64,000 bases of DNA. Origin: Selaginella moellendorffii. Its lineage: Eukaryota > Plantae > Lycopodiophyta. Within the stretch, counting starts at the first letter, position 1, and each line of letters opens with the position of its first letter. Location of the stretch: contig NW_003314296.1 in the NCBI RefSeq assembly GCF_000143415.4, positions 248,001 to 312,000 on the forward strand, written 5' to 3'. Positions 1 to 15,808 of the stretch are shown here, piece by piece. Both the position numbers and the translations under genes were made by a program. The notes under the pieces were generated by a model. The model made no database searches. It was not told the DNA's origin and was given only the letters and a program-made list of their open reading frames with translations.

Positions 1-1099
<1,099 letters not shown>

Positions 1100-2851
1100 T
1101 CAGCCATTAGGCCATATAAATGTATGAATATTGGTTTGTTTTTGTTTCTTATGAATTTTTTTAAAGAATAAAGCACTAATAAATAATAAATAATATATTC
1201 ATTAACTGAGTGCATTGTATTCAATTATCCAATTAAATATATCAATTAAATTAAACTAGTAAATATTTATCTCTAAAATTCTAATTTTCAAATATATATG
1301 GTGATAATATATGAAAATGTCATCTTAATTATAAAAATTTAGTAATATAAAAAAATTAGATATGTACTATACGAAATTACATTTTTTATGCAAGTGTTTA
1401 TTTGGCACCCATCAAATATTGTTGTTAAGTTTAATTCAAGAAATGTTTTAAATATTTTGCAATTTATATTTATCAATAGATACACGGTATAGTTTAGTAA
1501 TAATGAATTGGGTTACACTAGTTTTTCTTTTTTTAAGAATAATCTACATAATATTTACATATTTTATCATATTTTTAATTTATTTTTTCTAAATATGATT
1601 AAAACACCTATCTTGATTAAGAATGAAGTTTTAAAATTAAGAATATATATTCACTTGATTGTTCAACTTTTTGTTAATTGTAATTACTTCTTGGACTAAC
1701 TTAGAATCAATTTTGCTTAAAGCTTACATTTAAATTAGGCTATTTAAATTCTAACTATATATATGACAGTATTATGTGTAAACTTGTGGCAATGAATGCA
1801 TAGAGCTTATGTGTCCCAACTTGGTACAATAGGTCTATGTGCTCAAGGTGATCCACTATATTCAACAACAGCTACTAAGTTGATTTGCATTATGGATCTG
1901 AAAGTTATTAACTATGGGGCTGATTCATTAATAGATAAAATTTGTCAGGAGTTTCCTTGTGGCCAATGTAAGAAGTACTCGATGGATGATCCCTTAGCAA
2001 GGGACTTTGGCAATGGTCTTGATGTTGCAGAAAATAAATTTAGTGAAGGTATAATATGTAGGCAGGTTTCTATGGTGCATGTGTCAATGAGGATTCAAAG
2101 CAATTGCTGAAAAACTGTTGCTTATCCTATTCTTCCTGGTGGAATATACAAGTATATTCTAGGTAGATTTGGCTTTGTCAACTTTGACGTTCTGTACTAG
2201 TCGTGTTTTTAATTTCCCACGCTTACGTGCCGTGAACAGACAAGCCTTGAGTGTACATATACAAGAAGACGTTCAGTTCATGTATAGCAGTATCTCTTTG
2301 CAAGATCTTGTGCATTGTTCTCTTCTCAATTCTTCTCACCTCCTTGCATATGGAAGCAATCCATGCTACAACTTGCCTGATCGCGTAGCAAAGCTCTGTG
2401 CAATACTTCACAGCAGCTCAATTTGAGGTCGCAGCTGCAGATATTTGTAACCGGGGGCGAAGCGATGTTACAAGAGATTATGGTGAGGCCCCTGCTTCAA
2501 GTCCTTCCAGGCCGGGTCCCCTCAGAAGAAAAATTCAAGCGCATTACCATGGTACCAACAGACGATACTGCTGGGTATGATAGTTTTTACGTTGAAATTT
2601 TCTTAATTATGTGTTTTGTAGGATGCTTTCCACAACATTATCAGCCAATGCTTCCAGAACGAGAGGCGGAGTGGTGGTTCTTGGGACTGGGTTTCGGGAA
2701 ATGTGGAGGAACATTACTACATAAGAGCTTATCTCGATTGAGTAGCAACTTATATTGTTTTCACGAGTTTAATAAAAGCAAGAATTATGACGATTTGAGA
2801 CGGAAGTAGCGCCGCGCTTAGAATCCAGCGTCCACCGCTGCGATCAGGGCA

Positions 2852-5320
2852 GTGATTCGAGGAGGCGATGGAAGAAGTTCCAAAACCTATTCTTCCTTGA
2901 TCGATCCTTTTATGCGAGGAAGCCCGCGATCGAGGCCTCATCGCTGCTGCGTCAATTGGATCGCCCAGTCCCGGCGCTGGATCGCGGATGAAGCGCCCCG
3001 CTGCTTGGATTCCAGCGCCCACTGCATCGCCGTGATCAAGGACTGCCGGGACGCGCGCGCATTGGGCGATGGGCGGCGAATTCACGACGCAATCACGAAG
3101 AATGGCCTCGATCGCGACGCGCTGGTGGGGAATTTTCTCATCCAGATGTATGGGAGATGTGGCGCCGCCCAGGATGCTAGATCCGCGTTTGATCGCATCG
3201 CCCAGCCGACATCTTACTCGTGGAATTTGCTCCTCGCGGCATTTGCCCACAACGGGCATTTGCTGGAAGCTCAAACCATCTATAGGGCGATGCCATGGCC
3301 GGATACTGTGTCCGCGAATATCATGATCGCAGCCTATGGACAAAACGCTCGGCTCGATCTAGCGCTTGATCTGTTCTGGAAGAATCGAGACAGGGATCTT
3401 GTCTCTTGGAATTCGATGCTCGCGGCATTTGCCAAGAACGATCGCGGAGAAGAAGCGCTAGAGCTCTTCCGGGCTATGGATCTCGAGGGCTTCCAGCCCA
3501 ACAAGGTGAGCTTCGTGAGCCTTCTCCACGCGTGTTCTTCGATTAGATCCTTGAGCTTGGCGACTATCCGGATGATCCAGTGCCTGATGGCGCCGTATGG
3601 CTATGAAATCGATGTGATCCCCGCCACCGCGCTGCTAAATCTTTTTGGGCGATGCGGCGCCACCGCCGAGGCCAAGAGGATCTTCGATCGAATTCCATCG
3701 CCCAATGCGGTCTCGTGGACGACGATGCTGGTGCTGTTCTTGCGGAGTGGCGATCTCGCCAGCGCGATGGAGCTCTTCGATCGCATGCCCTGGAGAAGCG
3801 TCGTCTCCTGGAACGCGATGATCTCGGCGATGGCGGGCAGGGATCTGGCAGAGCCCAAGAAATTCTTCGATGCGATGCCCGCCTACGATAGCGTGTCTGT
3901 GAATTCGATGCTCGCGGCCTACTCCCACCATCCCGGAGAGATCGATCGAATGCGAGAGCTCTTCGACCGAATGTCGTGGCACAGGAACACGATCTCCTGG
4001 AACACGATGATCGCCGGCTACGCGCAAGCCGGGAACCTCCACGAATCGCTCGTGCTCTTCAAGACAATGCTGCTCCATGGCGAGACGGTGAATCAAATCA
4101 CCTTGGTGGCCATCATCGACGCCTGCGCCGCCGCGCCTGATCTCCACGAAGGCCGGAAGCTCCACGCCCTGGCCGCCGCGGAGCTAGGGTTCTTCACCGC
4201 CATAGCCAATGTTCTCATCAAGCTCTACACCAATTGCGAGAGACTGGAATATGCCAGGAACATTTTCGAATCCCTGGCGCGCCCTGACGTGGTGTCCGTG
4301 ACGGCCATGATCACCGCATACGGACGGATGGGATGTGCCCACGAGGCCAAGCGGATATTCGATGCCACGCTGGAGCACGACGTGATTACGTGGACCGCCA
4401 TCGTTGGCGCACTTGCCCAGAATGGGCATCTTGACCAAGCCGAGAACCTGTACGGCAGGATGCCCTTATGGGACCAAATGGCCAGCAACACTATGGTAGT
4501 AGCGTACGGGCAAAGCGGCCATTTAGATCAAGCTAAACAGCTCTTTGTAAAAATGCCCAAGAGAAACGCAGTAAGCTGCAACGCTCTAATCTCTGCATTT
4601 ACCGCTAATGGGCATCCGGAAGACGCTCTAAAGATGCTCCCTTTGATGGATCTCGAGGGCCAGGAACCCAACAAGATCACATTCCTCGCAATTATCGATG
4701 CCGCGGCCGTCAACGGTGCTGTCGCCGAGGCTCTGCTGGTCCACACGGCGGTCAACGAGTCCGGGCTCCTCCAGGAGCACACGGAGCTGGGGACGTCGCT
4801 GGTCAACATGTACGGCCGATGCGGCAGCGTTTTGACCGCCCACCGGGCATTCAACGCCATCTTGACCAAGTCGTATATCTCCTGGAACGCTGTGGTCACG
4901 GCATATGCCCAGAATGGGCATGCTGAGGTGGCGGGCGATCTCACCAGAGCCATGGAACTCCACGGCTACGTCTCAAACGAGGTTACTTTCCTCTCGAATC
5001 TGTTCGCGTGTAGCCACGCGGGGATGATCCAAGAAGCTTGGAACCTCTTCGTGTCGATGCAAAGTGACTATGGGATCACACCCCAGATGGATCACTACTG
5101 CTGCGTGGTTGATTTGCTTGGGCGATCCGGGACGATGGAGGAGGCGGGCGATTTGATCGGTAGCATGCCGATCGAGCCCAGCGTTGTGGGGTGGAAGACG
5201 CTGCTGGGAGCAAGCAGAGTTCACAGCGATGTCGGGCAAGGATTGGTGGCGAGTTGCAAGTGTGTTGATGAGAGTGATTCTTCGGTGTTTGCGTTGATGT
5301 CCAATGTGTATACAAACTGA
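2852..5320 (+). CDS. PLS-class pentatricopeptide repeat protein with a short E domain and no DYW (organellar RNA-editing factor type)
   Basis: Intronless 822-codon ORF (first ATG at 2912). Many PPR motifs (VSWNSMLAAFAKN, LINMYGRCG-like) and a terminal HYCCVVDLLGRSG...WKTLLGASRVH E-domain signature. Confidence 0.95.
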   Translation: MIRGGDGRSSKTYSSLIDPFMRGSPRSRPHRCCVNWIAQSRRWIADEAPRCLDSSAHCIAVIKDCRDARALGDGRRIHDAITKNGLDRDALVGNFLIQMYGRCGAAQDARSAFDRIAQPTSYSWNLLLAAFAHNGHLLEAQTIYRAMPWPDTVSANIMIAAYGQNARLDLALDLFWKNRDRDLVSWNSMLAAFAKNDRGEEALELFRAMDLEGFQPNKVSFVSLLHACSSIRSLSLATIRMIQCLMAPYGYEIDVIPATALLNLFGRCGATAEAKRIFDRIPSPNAVSWTTMLVLFLRSGDLASAMELFDRMPWRSVVSWNAMISAMAGRDLAEPKKFFDAMPAYDSVSVNSMLAAYSHHPGEIDRMRELFDRMSWHRNTISWNTMIAGYAQAGNLHESLVLFKTMLLHGETVNQITLVAIIDACAAAPDLHEGRKLHALAAAELGFFTAIANVLIKLYTNCERLEYARNIFESLARPDVVSVTAMITAYGRMGCAHEAKRIFDATLEHDVITWTAIVGALAQNGHLDQAENLYGRMPLWDQMASNTMVVAYGQSGHLDQAKQLFVKMPKRNAVSCNALISAFTANGHPEDALKMLPLMDLEGQEPNKITFLAIIDAAAVNGAVAEALLVHTAVNESGLLQEHTELGTSLVNMYGRCGSVLTAHRAFNAILTKSYISWNAVVTAYAQNGHAEVAGDLTRAMELHGYVSNEVTFLSNLFACSHAGMIQEAWNLFVSMQSDYGITPQMDHYCCVVDLLGRSGTMEEAGDLIGSMPIEPSVVGWKTLLGASRVHSDVGQGLVASCKCVDESDSSVFALMSNVYTN

Positions 5321-5416
5321 TTCCTTTCGAAACATCTATAGAAAATGAGAGATCAAAGGTCTGATTGAATGGAGCACGTACGATCACAGTTGTGATTATT
5401 TGTTGCACAGAAAGTG

Positions 5417-6266
5417 TCAAGCGTACTCCATCTTCTTTTCTTCCTCCTGCGAGATGCGCACCAGCGTGTAAGAAATCAACCTTCAACGAAAGTATTCGAA
5501 GAATCACAATGAAAGCTAGCTCAGAAAATCCAAAGCTTTTAGAAGAAACTCAAGACTCACCAAAAAAAGAAAGGAAAACCAATCCAAACCATCCCAACCA
5601 TCAAAGTGAAGGAGAAAAGAATTCCAAAGCTCTAGAACAAAGAATGTTGATACAAAGACCACAAGAACAACAAAGGTGAAAATCTCAAACAATTCCACCT
5701 TAAAAAGAATCACAGTGAAAGGTAAGCTCAGAAAATCACGAACCAAAACAAGAAACGTAAGACTCGCAAAAAGAAGAAGAAGAAGAAGAAAAAAATCCAT
5801 TCCAACCACGAAAACGAATGACAAAAATCCAAAGCTCTAGAACAAAGAAGAAGAAACCAAAACGCAAGAACAAAAAATTCCAAAGCTTTAGAACAAAGAA
5901 TGTTGCTATGGAAGAACACAAGGAAGAACAAACAAAGAAGAAATAGCATACCTTCTCTTTCCATCCCTTTGGGAGTGTTGGACCAGTGGCTTTGAAATTC
6001 GATCTTCGGCCCCATCCAGCATTCTTGGCAGCATCGAGGTACGCCACGGCCCATTTCCTGCAGTTCTTGAGGTGATTGACGCCTTCGCGCTGGTAGCACG
6101 CCCTCAACCTCTCCCGCAAAATCTTTGCCCGCTCAACCCCAATCCACTTCTCCCTTACAATCCAGTCGCGCATCTCGATGAATGCGATTGGATCGCCGTG
6201 TGGATCTGCCGGATCGAAGTTCTCCGGCGGATCCAAGTCGAATTCCACCTCGCCCTTGAAAACCAT
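5417..6266 (-). CDS. NDUFB10: NADH dehydrogenase (ubiquinone) 1 beta subcomplex subunit 10 (PDSW)
   Basis: Exon 6266-5952 encodes DPPENFDPADPHGDPIAFIEMRDWIVREKWIGVERAKILRERLRACYQREGVNHLKNCR. GTATGC donor at 5951. Inferred last exon 5446-5417 (cag|EEEKKMEYA*). Confidence 0.88.
5525..5910. repeat. Degenerate direct repeats in the NDUFB10 intron
   Basis: TCCAAAGCT(C/T)TAGAACAAAGAA-like unit recurs near 5530, 5623, 5828 and 5879 in an A/G-rich tract. Confidence 0.6.
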
Positions 6267-6347
6267 GGCGCTGCCTACAATCCCGACGAAGAACCCTAAA
6301 ATTTCCAGAGCTTCAAAATATTTTTAGGGTTTTAGCGCGAGGCCTCG
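6267..6347. promoter_or_regulatory. 81-bp bidirectional intergenic spacer with an inverted telo-box pair
   Basis: Lies between divergent ATGs at 6266 and 6348. AACCCTAAA at 6292-6300 and TTAGGGTTT at 6324-6332. Confidence 0.55.
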
Positions 6348-8121
6348 ATGGCGCTCCGCCAGGCAATGCGGCTTCTGGTCCGGCGCTGCGATCGCTCGCC
6401 ATTGCTCCCAGCTCGCTCCATTGCTGCGCATTTCGCTACTGCTACGGGTAAGCTGTTTATACCGCGATCGCGAGGCAATGCTCGTGTTTTCTTCTCGTCG
6501 ATCGCAGGAGGCACGCGATCTAAGCCTAAAGAAGACGCTGCTCCCTTGACTCGTGAGGAGAGGAAGAAGAAATACGCGAAATTCGAAGGTTTTGTGAATA
6601 CTTTTCATTTTTCTTTTGTTCTTACGAGATGTTTTTCTCTGTTTCCCGAGTGACTAACTATGATTTTGCAGAGAAGGATTTGATTATCCCGGATCCAAAT
6701 CCTGCTACCGAGGCCGTGCAAGAAATGTATGACAAGATGATGCTCCAGATGTCGAAAGGAGACACTTTCTCAAAGGCTGATCTTTTCGAGCTCTTCCATG
6801 CGTGTAAAACTCGAGCCGATATCAATCTCTGCCTCAAGCTCTTGGAGCGGCTTCACAAGTTTGTAAGTTCCTCGCATTTCAGCTGAAGTGTTCTTCTCTT
6901 TTATCATTTCTCTGACGGTTATTGACAATTCTGTAGTACAGAGGGCCGCGCAGCTCAAAGTTTTCCGAAACTTCAACGCAGATATATCAGAGCTTGTAGC
7001 GAAAGCATTCACCCAAATAAACGAGCCAAAGTACGGTGAGTGCGAAATATATTCTGATGTGGAGTGTATCTGACATCGTTTTTTTGCTCTATTAGCGTTA
7101 CGAGTTTTCACTAGGTACAATCGATTCGGGCTGACTCCCGACATTAAGGCGTCTCACAAGTTGCTGGTATCTAGCATGTTTTTTGTTTGATACGTGGTTA
7201 ACAGCGAAGTTTTCGTGTAGGAATACGCCAGCGACAAGTTTGATATTGGGCTTTCGTTTGATATCCTGAGGCACATGCGTGAGAACTCACAGAGGCCAAA
7301 TGCCGATTCAGCACATCTGTTTATAAAGTTTGGAACCGACTTTCTTTCTTTTCCTTCTAACGTGTGGTTCCGTCTCAGGCAAGGGATGAAAACCAAAAGG
7401 GCAGTGGTATTTCTCGACGTCGCAAGGGAGTTCCATCTCAACGACGTTCAACTCTATCCTGCTACCTACGATATATGCCTCGTCTGTGCTGCAAATGCAG
7501 GTAAAATAGCTGCATTTCTAATTGTCAGAAACAAATTTTCGTCTGCAGGAAGAGCGAAAGATGTCATGGAAATTCAAAAGTATCGAGAACAATACAAGAT
7601 ACCTCCTTCTCCATCGAGTACCTTCTCTTTAGCAAAAGTAAGCGCCTTGTTTCGTCCTTCTGTGTGCCAACACTGTCAGCTCCGCAGGCACTTCTTCTCA
7701 AGGCAAAACCAGAAGACGCTGCGAAGCTTATACACGAAGAGTGCAAGGTAAACAATCTCAGTGCAAGTGTAAAAAAATCACCTGTTCGAAATACTTTTCT
7801 CAGGACGAGGAGGTTTTGGGAAAATATATCAAAAGCATGGTCAGACTGTGGCCAGTAAAGCTTGCTACATGCCACACGGGCTCCAGGAAAAGTGCAAAGG
7901 TACTCAAAAGTAGACATTCGTTTTTTTCGTGTACCAACAAGATAACTTCTGGACAGAGCTCCATGCGCTTCGTGAGGGACATGCTGGTAAAGATGCTGGG
8001 CTCCCTCTCCAGCTTAGGTGTCAAAGTGGACATCGACATCGAGCAAAACTTTGGAGCGGCCAAAGGATCAGGTGACAAGTACGAGTTTTGTTTTGGCGAA
8101 GCCAAAGCCGAAGCCGCATAG
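6348..8121 (+). CDS. Mitochondrial PPR-like protein similar to mitoribosomal mS83/rPPR10 (At4g15640/At3g21465 family), multi-exon
   Basis: Arg-rich presequence MALRQAMRLLVRR. Exons give NFNADISELVAKAF, YNRFGLTPDIKASHKLL, STFSLAK|ALLLKAKPEDAAKLI and MLGSLSSLGVKVDID, matching the family as I recall it. Confidence 0.72.
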
Positions 8122-8208
8122 AGATATCCTTCCGGTAGATCGAGAGAGAAAAAGAGAGTGAGAACTTTTTTACTTGACTTTCTTCAGTTGGTCCTCTTCT
8201 CTTCCAGA

Positions 8209-9635
8209 TTAGCTGTGAGCTATCTCAACGAGTGCTCTGTGGAGAGACTGAGGCTTCGAAAAGAATGGCGAATGGTCGCTGCCTTTCACTTTGAAAACGC
8301 GCTCCGGAGGATTCCCGGCCACAATGCGGTGTTGCAATTCGCTTGTCAAGGCATTGTCATCCGGGGTCTCCACGAAGAAGCGCCGTACCGTGCCGTACTT
8401 GTCTTGGGTGAGAACCAGCCTTTCAAGGACGGGAGCAAACGGTATAGGCCGCAAGGAAACCGATGCCAAAGCGACGTCCTACACACGCAGGCAATTAAGT
8501 AGAGCCAGATTTTCTTTTTGGTTCTAACATAAGAGGCTGGATGGAGAGGTACCTTTGCAGGACTGCGGTTGAAAAAGAGCTCTTTGACAGCGCTCCTGTC
8601 GAAAGCGAGCGCCGTGGGTGCGTTTGATTCCCCGTTTGCGTACGTGAAGATTTGTGCCTGGAGGAGTAGATCTGCCGGGCTCATGAGCTGCAGCAACAGA
8701 CAAGAAGAGAGAAAAGGAAAGGCATCGTTCGTCGTTATAGTACTTCTCGGGAAATTCGGTGTAAGCAAAAGAAAATTTCTCTGTTCTAACCTTATGTGTA
8801 GTACCTCTACTGCAAAGACATCGAAGGCTCGCTGGGAGTTTGTCGGCATGGCAGCGGCAACGAAGATGGCTTTCGAGATCTTGCTGGGATACCACTCCAT
8901 CGCGTGAGAGACGCATGCTCCTCCAAAGTCATGGCCGACCAAGATCACCTATGGCAGTTACACACGAACCAAGAAGAAGAAAAGCTTGAGAACGAACAAA
9001 GCAAGAGGAGTAAAGGAACCTTTTCTCCCTGTGGAAGACTGCCGAGGAAATCCGATAGAGGCTTGGCGTACTGCGAGAGACTGGTGACGCAATTTGGATC
9101 TGTGGATTCAATGCCGGAGGCTGTGAGATCGATGGCGGTGGCTGCGAATCCAGCCTCCTCCAGCAGCGCGATGGACTTGTACCAGCACCAGGCACCATAG
9201 CCGCCACCGTGGACGAGAACAAAGTGCGTGGTCTCAATGGACACGAGATCCGGACGCTGTAAAACAACACACCGAAAGACAAGAGGCTGGAAGTCAGGAA
9301 ACCAAGGAAGATGAACTGTTTACCTCGAGAAATTGGTGTGGTGGGAGCTCCGGATCGGCCAGCGAGCGAGGCCTGGCGCTGGAGCTTCTGGCAAAGCCTC
9401 CCTTTCGGTGGAGAGCAGCAGCAGCGGCAGTATCGTTGTAGCGCTGGGACATTGCTCGCCCGACTTTCTGCTGCTGGTGGAAGAGGGCCAGCGCCAGGGC
9501 CTGCTGCTGCTGGAGCAATTCCTCCTCCAATCTGGCCCTGCTCTTGGCCTTTTTGCTGGAGGAGGATCTGGTCGATTTGATCTGGGAGTCCGTGACGCTC
9601 TTGTTGTTGGCCATACAAGTCAACTGGTTTCCCAT
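8209..9635 (-). CDS. Methylesterase, MES11/13/15-like alpha/beta hydrolase, multi-exon
   Basis: MGNQLTC N-terminus (possible acylation site), RSSSARPRSLADP, HFVLVHGGGYGAWCWYK, LVGHDFGGAC and GSDHSPFFSKPQSLH. Confidence 0.92.
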
Positions 9636-10467
9636 CTCTCTCTCGCAGCCTCGATCGCGGCCACCACCACCACCTGTGACTGAGTGTGTCACTGACCTCT
9701 CAAGGATCTTCGTTTTTCCCTTCTCTCAAGCAAGCTCCAGTGAATAGTAACCATTCCGAGGAAATGGATCCACCTGGACGAAGAAAACAAGACCAACTCC
9801 ATCGTAAGTACCGCCCACGAATGCAAAGAAAGCAATCAAAGAAAAAGATCAAGGAAAGAGCCATGAGCTTGCAAAGATTTAAACAATCTATAGTATAACT
9901 CCCATGGCGATAACAGGGACACTCCTAAACCGTGTATAACTCTCACCAACGTTTTTAACTCTAGCAATCACTCGCTCAGGGAAAGTCAACGTGCAAGCAC
10001 TAAAAGAAAGAACCAAACGAGTTTTTTTTGTTCTTCCTGCCATTCCTACCTTTCACTCACTCACGAGCGAAATTTTGCTTTCTTCCTCGCGATCAACTTG
10101 CGTCGTCGCGTCGTGGCTCTCCAGCAAGGAGAAAGAATAGAGAAAAGGAAACTGTGCACAGACATGACTGGAAGGAGAAGCTTTAAAGATTTCTCGTACC
10201 TCAGGCTTAAATCCGGGGCCGCTGTCGTTGAAAATCCAAAGATCTGGAGCAAGGAACGCGTAGAAAGAAGCGGAATCGAATCGATCGTTCCATCGCCCTC
10301 TCGCGAAGAACACGAAAGGGCTTAACCCCGCATTAGGGCTTTTCAAAATAGATGCCAGGAGAATATACCCAATGTTACCGCCAAACGAATATACTACAGA
10401 ATCTTTATTGTTCATTGTGTTAAAAATCATAGTAACTATAGAGGAGAGATAAAAAATGTACAAACTC

Positions 10468-12535
<2,068 letters not shown>

Positions 12536-12834
12536 CGCTCACCGCCGTCGGTCGGCGCTCGCAGTCGCATACGCCACGGGAGCTGGAGATGGACAGATCG
12601 AGAGATCGATCGAGAGAAATGCGTCAAGATCTACAGCTCCTAGGAGCTCCACGACGGCGACAGGCACGGGCGCCCTCGCGTGCCAAAAACCCTAACCACT
12701 GACTCTACAGTCCTGCTGCCATTGCCAAACGAAACAACGCAAACCGACACGTGGCATGATCGCCGAGAGTCTGCTTTGTCGGCCGTCAGATTTGATTTAA
12801 TGGGCTTTTACATGGAATTAAGTTGTGAGAAATT

Positions 12835-13711
12835 TCATCCGGAATTTGGGGGTAGTGCTGTATTCCCTATAAGAAAAAACGTAAAGAAAAATCAAGAAAA
12901 GAGAGATATAAACGAATTATTATTATGATTAATCTTACCTGTAACGCACGTGTAGCAAGAATTTTCGTCAAAGCACGCATTAGAATGATCCGGGTCGCAA
13001 GATTGTCGACAATTGCATTTCCTCGGTGGATTAGCCGATGGAGCAATACCTTTTAAAAACAATAAAAAATAAAAAAACAAGAGAAAACAAAAACCAATCA
13101 GAAAAAATCCATCAAGGAAATCCAGAGAAATTGGAAGAGTCTCCGCAGATCTTCCACCACCTTGTGAACAATCAGAGCACGCCTCGACGTTGTAGCAGAG
13201 CCGATTTCCTGGATTGCAGGCTTTTTTGCAACTGCATTTGCTGGACGCGAGTTGATGCAAGAAGATGAATCCAGCGTCGCCGGCGGATGGAGCCAAGCTC
13301 CCACCAGGATTGTCTGCCAAGAAATTTTTGTGATCTCCGAGAACTGATCTTTGAGAACTGATCTTCGAGAAATGCGATCAAAGATGATATATACAACCTG
13401 TGGTTCCATTCACGTAGCACGCCCAGCAGATTGATCGATTGTAGCAAATATCATTGTTGGGATTGCACGATTTGCGACACGAGCATTGCCCGATATCTCG
13501 AGGTCCTTTGTCGGTGACGCTCGAAACTGGAGCACCTAGATGGGCTACACCAAAGAATCGAAAAAGAAAACAAGCTTCACGATCAATCGCTTGATCGACC
13601 GGGAGAAATTCTTAGGTGGAGTTACCGCGAGAATTTTCTACCTCGATGAGCGCCAGTTTGAGCGATCGAGAGGAGCGAGACGAGCAATAGCGTCGCAAGC
13701 TTGATCGCCAT
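12835..13711 (-). CDS. Putative secreted cysteine-rich protein (about 167 aa) with three exon-encoded 6-Cys modules
   Basis: Exons 13711-13642, 13535-13398, 13313-13161, 13049-12939 and 12866-12835 total 504 nt. All introns are phase 1 GT-AG and the frame is open throughout. Signal-peptide-like start MAIKLATLLLVSLLSIAQTGA. Confidence 0.8.
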
Positions 13712-14005
13712 TGTCACGCCGATCGGACGGCCGCGCGGGGCTGGGAAGTGGGTGTATCGAACGGCTCACACCTCTCTTTAAATGCCTCGTCTCCTCTTCT
13801 CCGTGCAAGCAACGGGCGTATGGGGGCCGCCTCATTCTTTGTATGAAAGTTCGGTAATCATCGCTAAGTGCCGCGTATCAAGCCACGTGGCTACCACATT
13901 TGCACAAAGATTGACACGCGGCAACCACGTGGCCAGCTTAGGTGGCGCCACGCACGGAATACACAAAAGGCTTTATGTTACAGAGAGGAAAAACAAAACG
14001 AAGTT

Positions 14006-15808
14006 TTAGCTGTCGATGGAATGCTGCTGGTGTTCCTGGAGAGCGTTCAAGTCTCCATATGATTTTCGTCGCAATCTGGGCGATGAAGCTGTGATGTCTC
14101 TCGCTGGTTGTCTCTCGCCCTCGTCGCTCGGCAGCTCTTGGACGGATCCATCGTTTTGGCTGAGCATGAACTTCATCCCCGACATGTTTGGAGCGCTGAG
14201 CTTGCGGCAGATCGAGCAAACCATCTTGTCGTCACTGCTGTGAGTGTTGCTGGCGGAGCCATTTGCGAGAGATGATGGTGCTGGAGCTACTTGCAGCTTC
14301 GCGATGGCTTTGGCTTTCTTCCTGTCTGCTTGCCTGGGCATCACCTCGAAGAGAAAGTTCCCTCCGTTCCAGATCGCGGCTGCCACCTTGAGGAGCTCAA
14401 ACGCGCAGTGGAGCCGATATGACTTGAACATCAGGACTGTGAGAGCCATGGTTGCCACCGTCAGGAGCGCCTGGAGCACCGCGTACATGACAAACCGGTT
14501 TTGAGCTCCCAGAATTCCACTCAGTCGCCACCAGATGTTATTCGCTCTCGAGGCTTTACGAGACAACTCCCTGATACAAGAGCATGTTAAGTTCGAAAAA
14601 AATAGTAAAAAGAAACACCAAATGAAAAGAAAGTTCCGCTAACCGGTAAGAAGTCATGATCTCGGGATCATTCAACAGCCTCTGTCGCCTTAGCACGTTC
14701 ACAATGAGAAAGTAAAGGATCTGCCACACCGTGTATGCAGCCAAAGGAACAGCAAAAAGCCAGGTCCACAGATCTGTTCGAGTTTGGACCAAGGGCCAAG
14801 CGGGCCATGGTCCAGTGAGCTCGGTTGAATGAAGCGAGAATGTACTCGGGTCCCACCAACGAACGATAAAAAATACCAGACCTGGGAGCAATCGAAGTGA
14901 GCATAAATGCGAAAAAGCACAATCAATCACTCACCAGGAAGCAAATGGATCAACACGCTGATAATTTTGTCGATCGAGCTGAACACAAGGCTGCATCTCC
15001 ATATAATCAACGCCCAGGCAAGAGGTCCCTGCAAAAACAATAACAATGCGTGTGTCTCCAAAAGAAGATACCAATCTGGAAAGGCATACCTCAGCAAAGG
15101 CAAAGCAGACCATAAACAGCCTCTCGTTTTTCGGAAAATAGAGCAGCATTGCCATAAAGATGGCGTTTGCGTAGTAACAGAAGTCCTGCAGAGAAGAATC
15201 GTCAAGAACAGAAAGACAAATAGAAAAGAACGCACAAATAGATAATAGTGCCACTTCCTTATTCTATAGTATATCCACCGGAGAGGCGCCACGGTTATGA
15301 AGAATGTGCAGTATAAATACGGGATATCTTGAGGCCCTGGAGAAAATGATAAGAAAGATCAAAGCTTTCATCGTACGCAAAAGAAATTAAAAGAAAAAAG
15401 AAAGAAAAAAACCAATGAAGGAACTTACTTGAACCAAGCAAGTAGCAAAATGTGCCAAAGCAAAAGACTCCAAGACAATACTTCACCTGGAAAGGAATGC
15501 GAATGAAATTGAGAAGAAAATCCCATAAAACCTCTCCTCTTTCTCACCTTGTTGATAAATTTCTCATGCTTGTCCGCGCGAGTCGCAAGCTTCCCGGCGT
15601 GCTTGGAGAGAATCTTCTTGGTCTGCACAACAACCTGGAAGCCCGGGCCGCCGGATCGATCAGAATGCCACCGCGAGGCGCTCCATTTTAGGTCAGAGGG
15701 AGAGAAGCAACGCACCTTGGGGGGGGATTTGCCGTTGGACTGGAGCACCAGGCCGCCGCCGCCCGCCTCAAACGCATCGGCGCTCACAGCGCCGTCCTTC
15801 ACCGCCAT
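14006..15808 (-). CDS. GPC1: Glycerophosphocholine acyltransferase (DUF2838 family), multi-exon
   Basis: [67 protein letters not shown] and [14 protein letters not shown]. Confidence 0.9.

Noticed and set aside
1796-2809. Short ORFs, possible captured exons and a weak Helitron-like end near 2197
   Set aside because: No recognisable protein motif or consistent splice model, and the hairpin is only 4 bp.
2750-5335. Antisense ORFs over the PPR gene
   Set aside because: Shadow ORFs expected from GC-rich codon usage.
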